A DNA stretch of 64,000 bases from an uncultured Gemmatimonadales bacterium (GTDB lineage Bacteria > Gemmatimonadota > Gemmatimonadetes > Gemmatimonadales > GWC2-71-9), in assembly GCA_963695555.1 (NCBI GenBank), contig CAVOGR010000005.1:448001-512000 (forward strand). Reading direction: 5' to 3'. How positions within the stretch are numbered: the first letter of the stretch is position 1; the number at the start of each line of letters is the position of its first letter. Positions 63,938 through 64,000 of this stretch are shown piece after piece. Under the pieces are notes generated by a model. That model saw nothing but the letters and a program-made list of their open reading frames with translations, was not told the origin of the DNA and made no database searches. The translations under genes were made by a program, and so were the position numbers.

Positions 63938-64000
63938 TCAGGCGATCCGCTTGCGCATGTTGCGCGCGGAGAGCGCAAAGAGCACCGCTCCCATCAGCAG
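63938..64000 (-). CDS. C-terminal end of upstream ABC-2 permease (YbhS-like), partial
   Basis: LLMGAVLFALSARNMRKRIA* directly before the YbhR-like start. Confidence 0.6.
   Translation of the reverse strand: MLMGAVLFALSARNMRKRIA

Overview
High-GC alphaproteobacterial chromosomal window. The gene set (fabA-fabB-fabI-HAD-hydrolase-Thr dehydratase run, nrdJ/DUF1489, hss, soxBDAG, matB, CtrA- and FNR-type boxes) points to a Rhodobacteraceae-like organism; this is an inference. Many genes, including the essential rpsD, are broken by single-base indels that fall in dense patches, so most frameshifts are probably consensus or long-read errors and not true pseudogenes. Content in order: a degenerate site-2 protease homologue with a c-type cytochrome, a NitT/TauT ABC transporter, pabB/pabC, AIM24+DUF4239, a TAXI binding protein, a CPBP protease, a thermonuclease, an FGE-family protein, an RND pump, a GT2-TPR-GT2-TPR protein, P450, aqpZ, mazG, a SqrR/BigR-like regulator and class II ribonucleotide reductase. 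A lower-GC island (~27.85-33.8 kb) follows, with LysR, a Tat-exported flavoprotein, an Ig-like protein, a membrane protein and a fused IS66/IS5 relic. After it come the fab cluster, nitronate monooxygenase, a dimethylglycine dehydrogenase-like enzyme, dcp, an FNR-boxed EF-hand protein, lutABC, msrA, an HD protein, an aldo/keto reductase, hss, rpsD, patatin, sarcosine oxidase, matB, TetR and ABC-2 permeases. The most notable unexplained signals are (i) a dispersed ~65-bp AT-rich element carrying a CtrA box in convergent intergenic gaps, (ii) the uncharacterised Tat-flavoprotein island, and (iii) short degenerate palindromes at the borders of accessory genes. I found no rRNA, tRNA or CRISPR array. 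Product calls come from motif recognition only; no database search was run.
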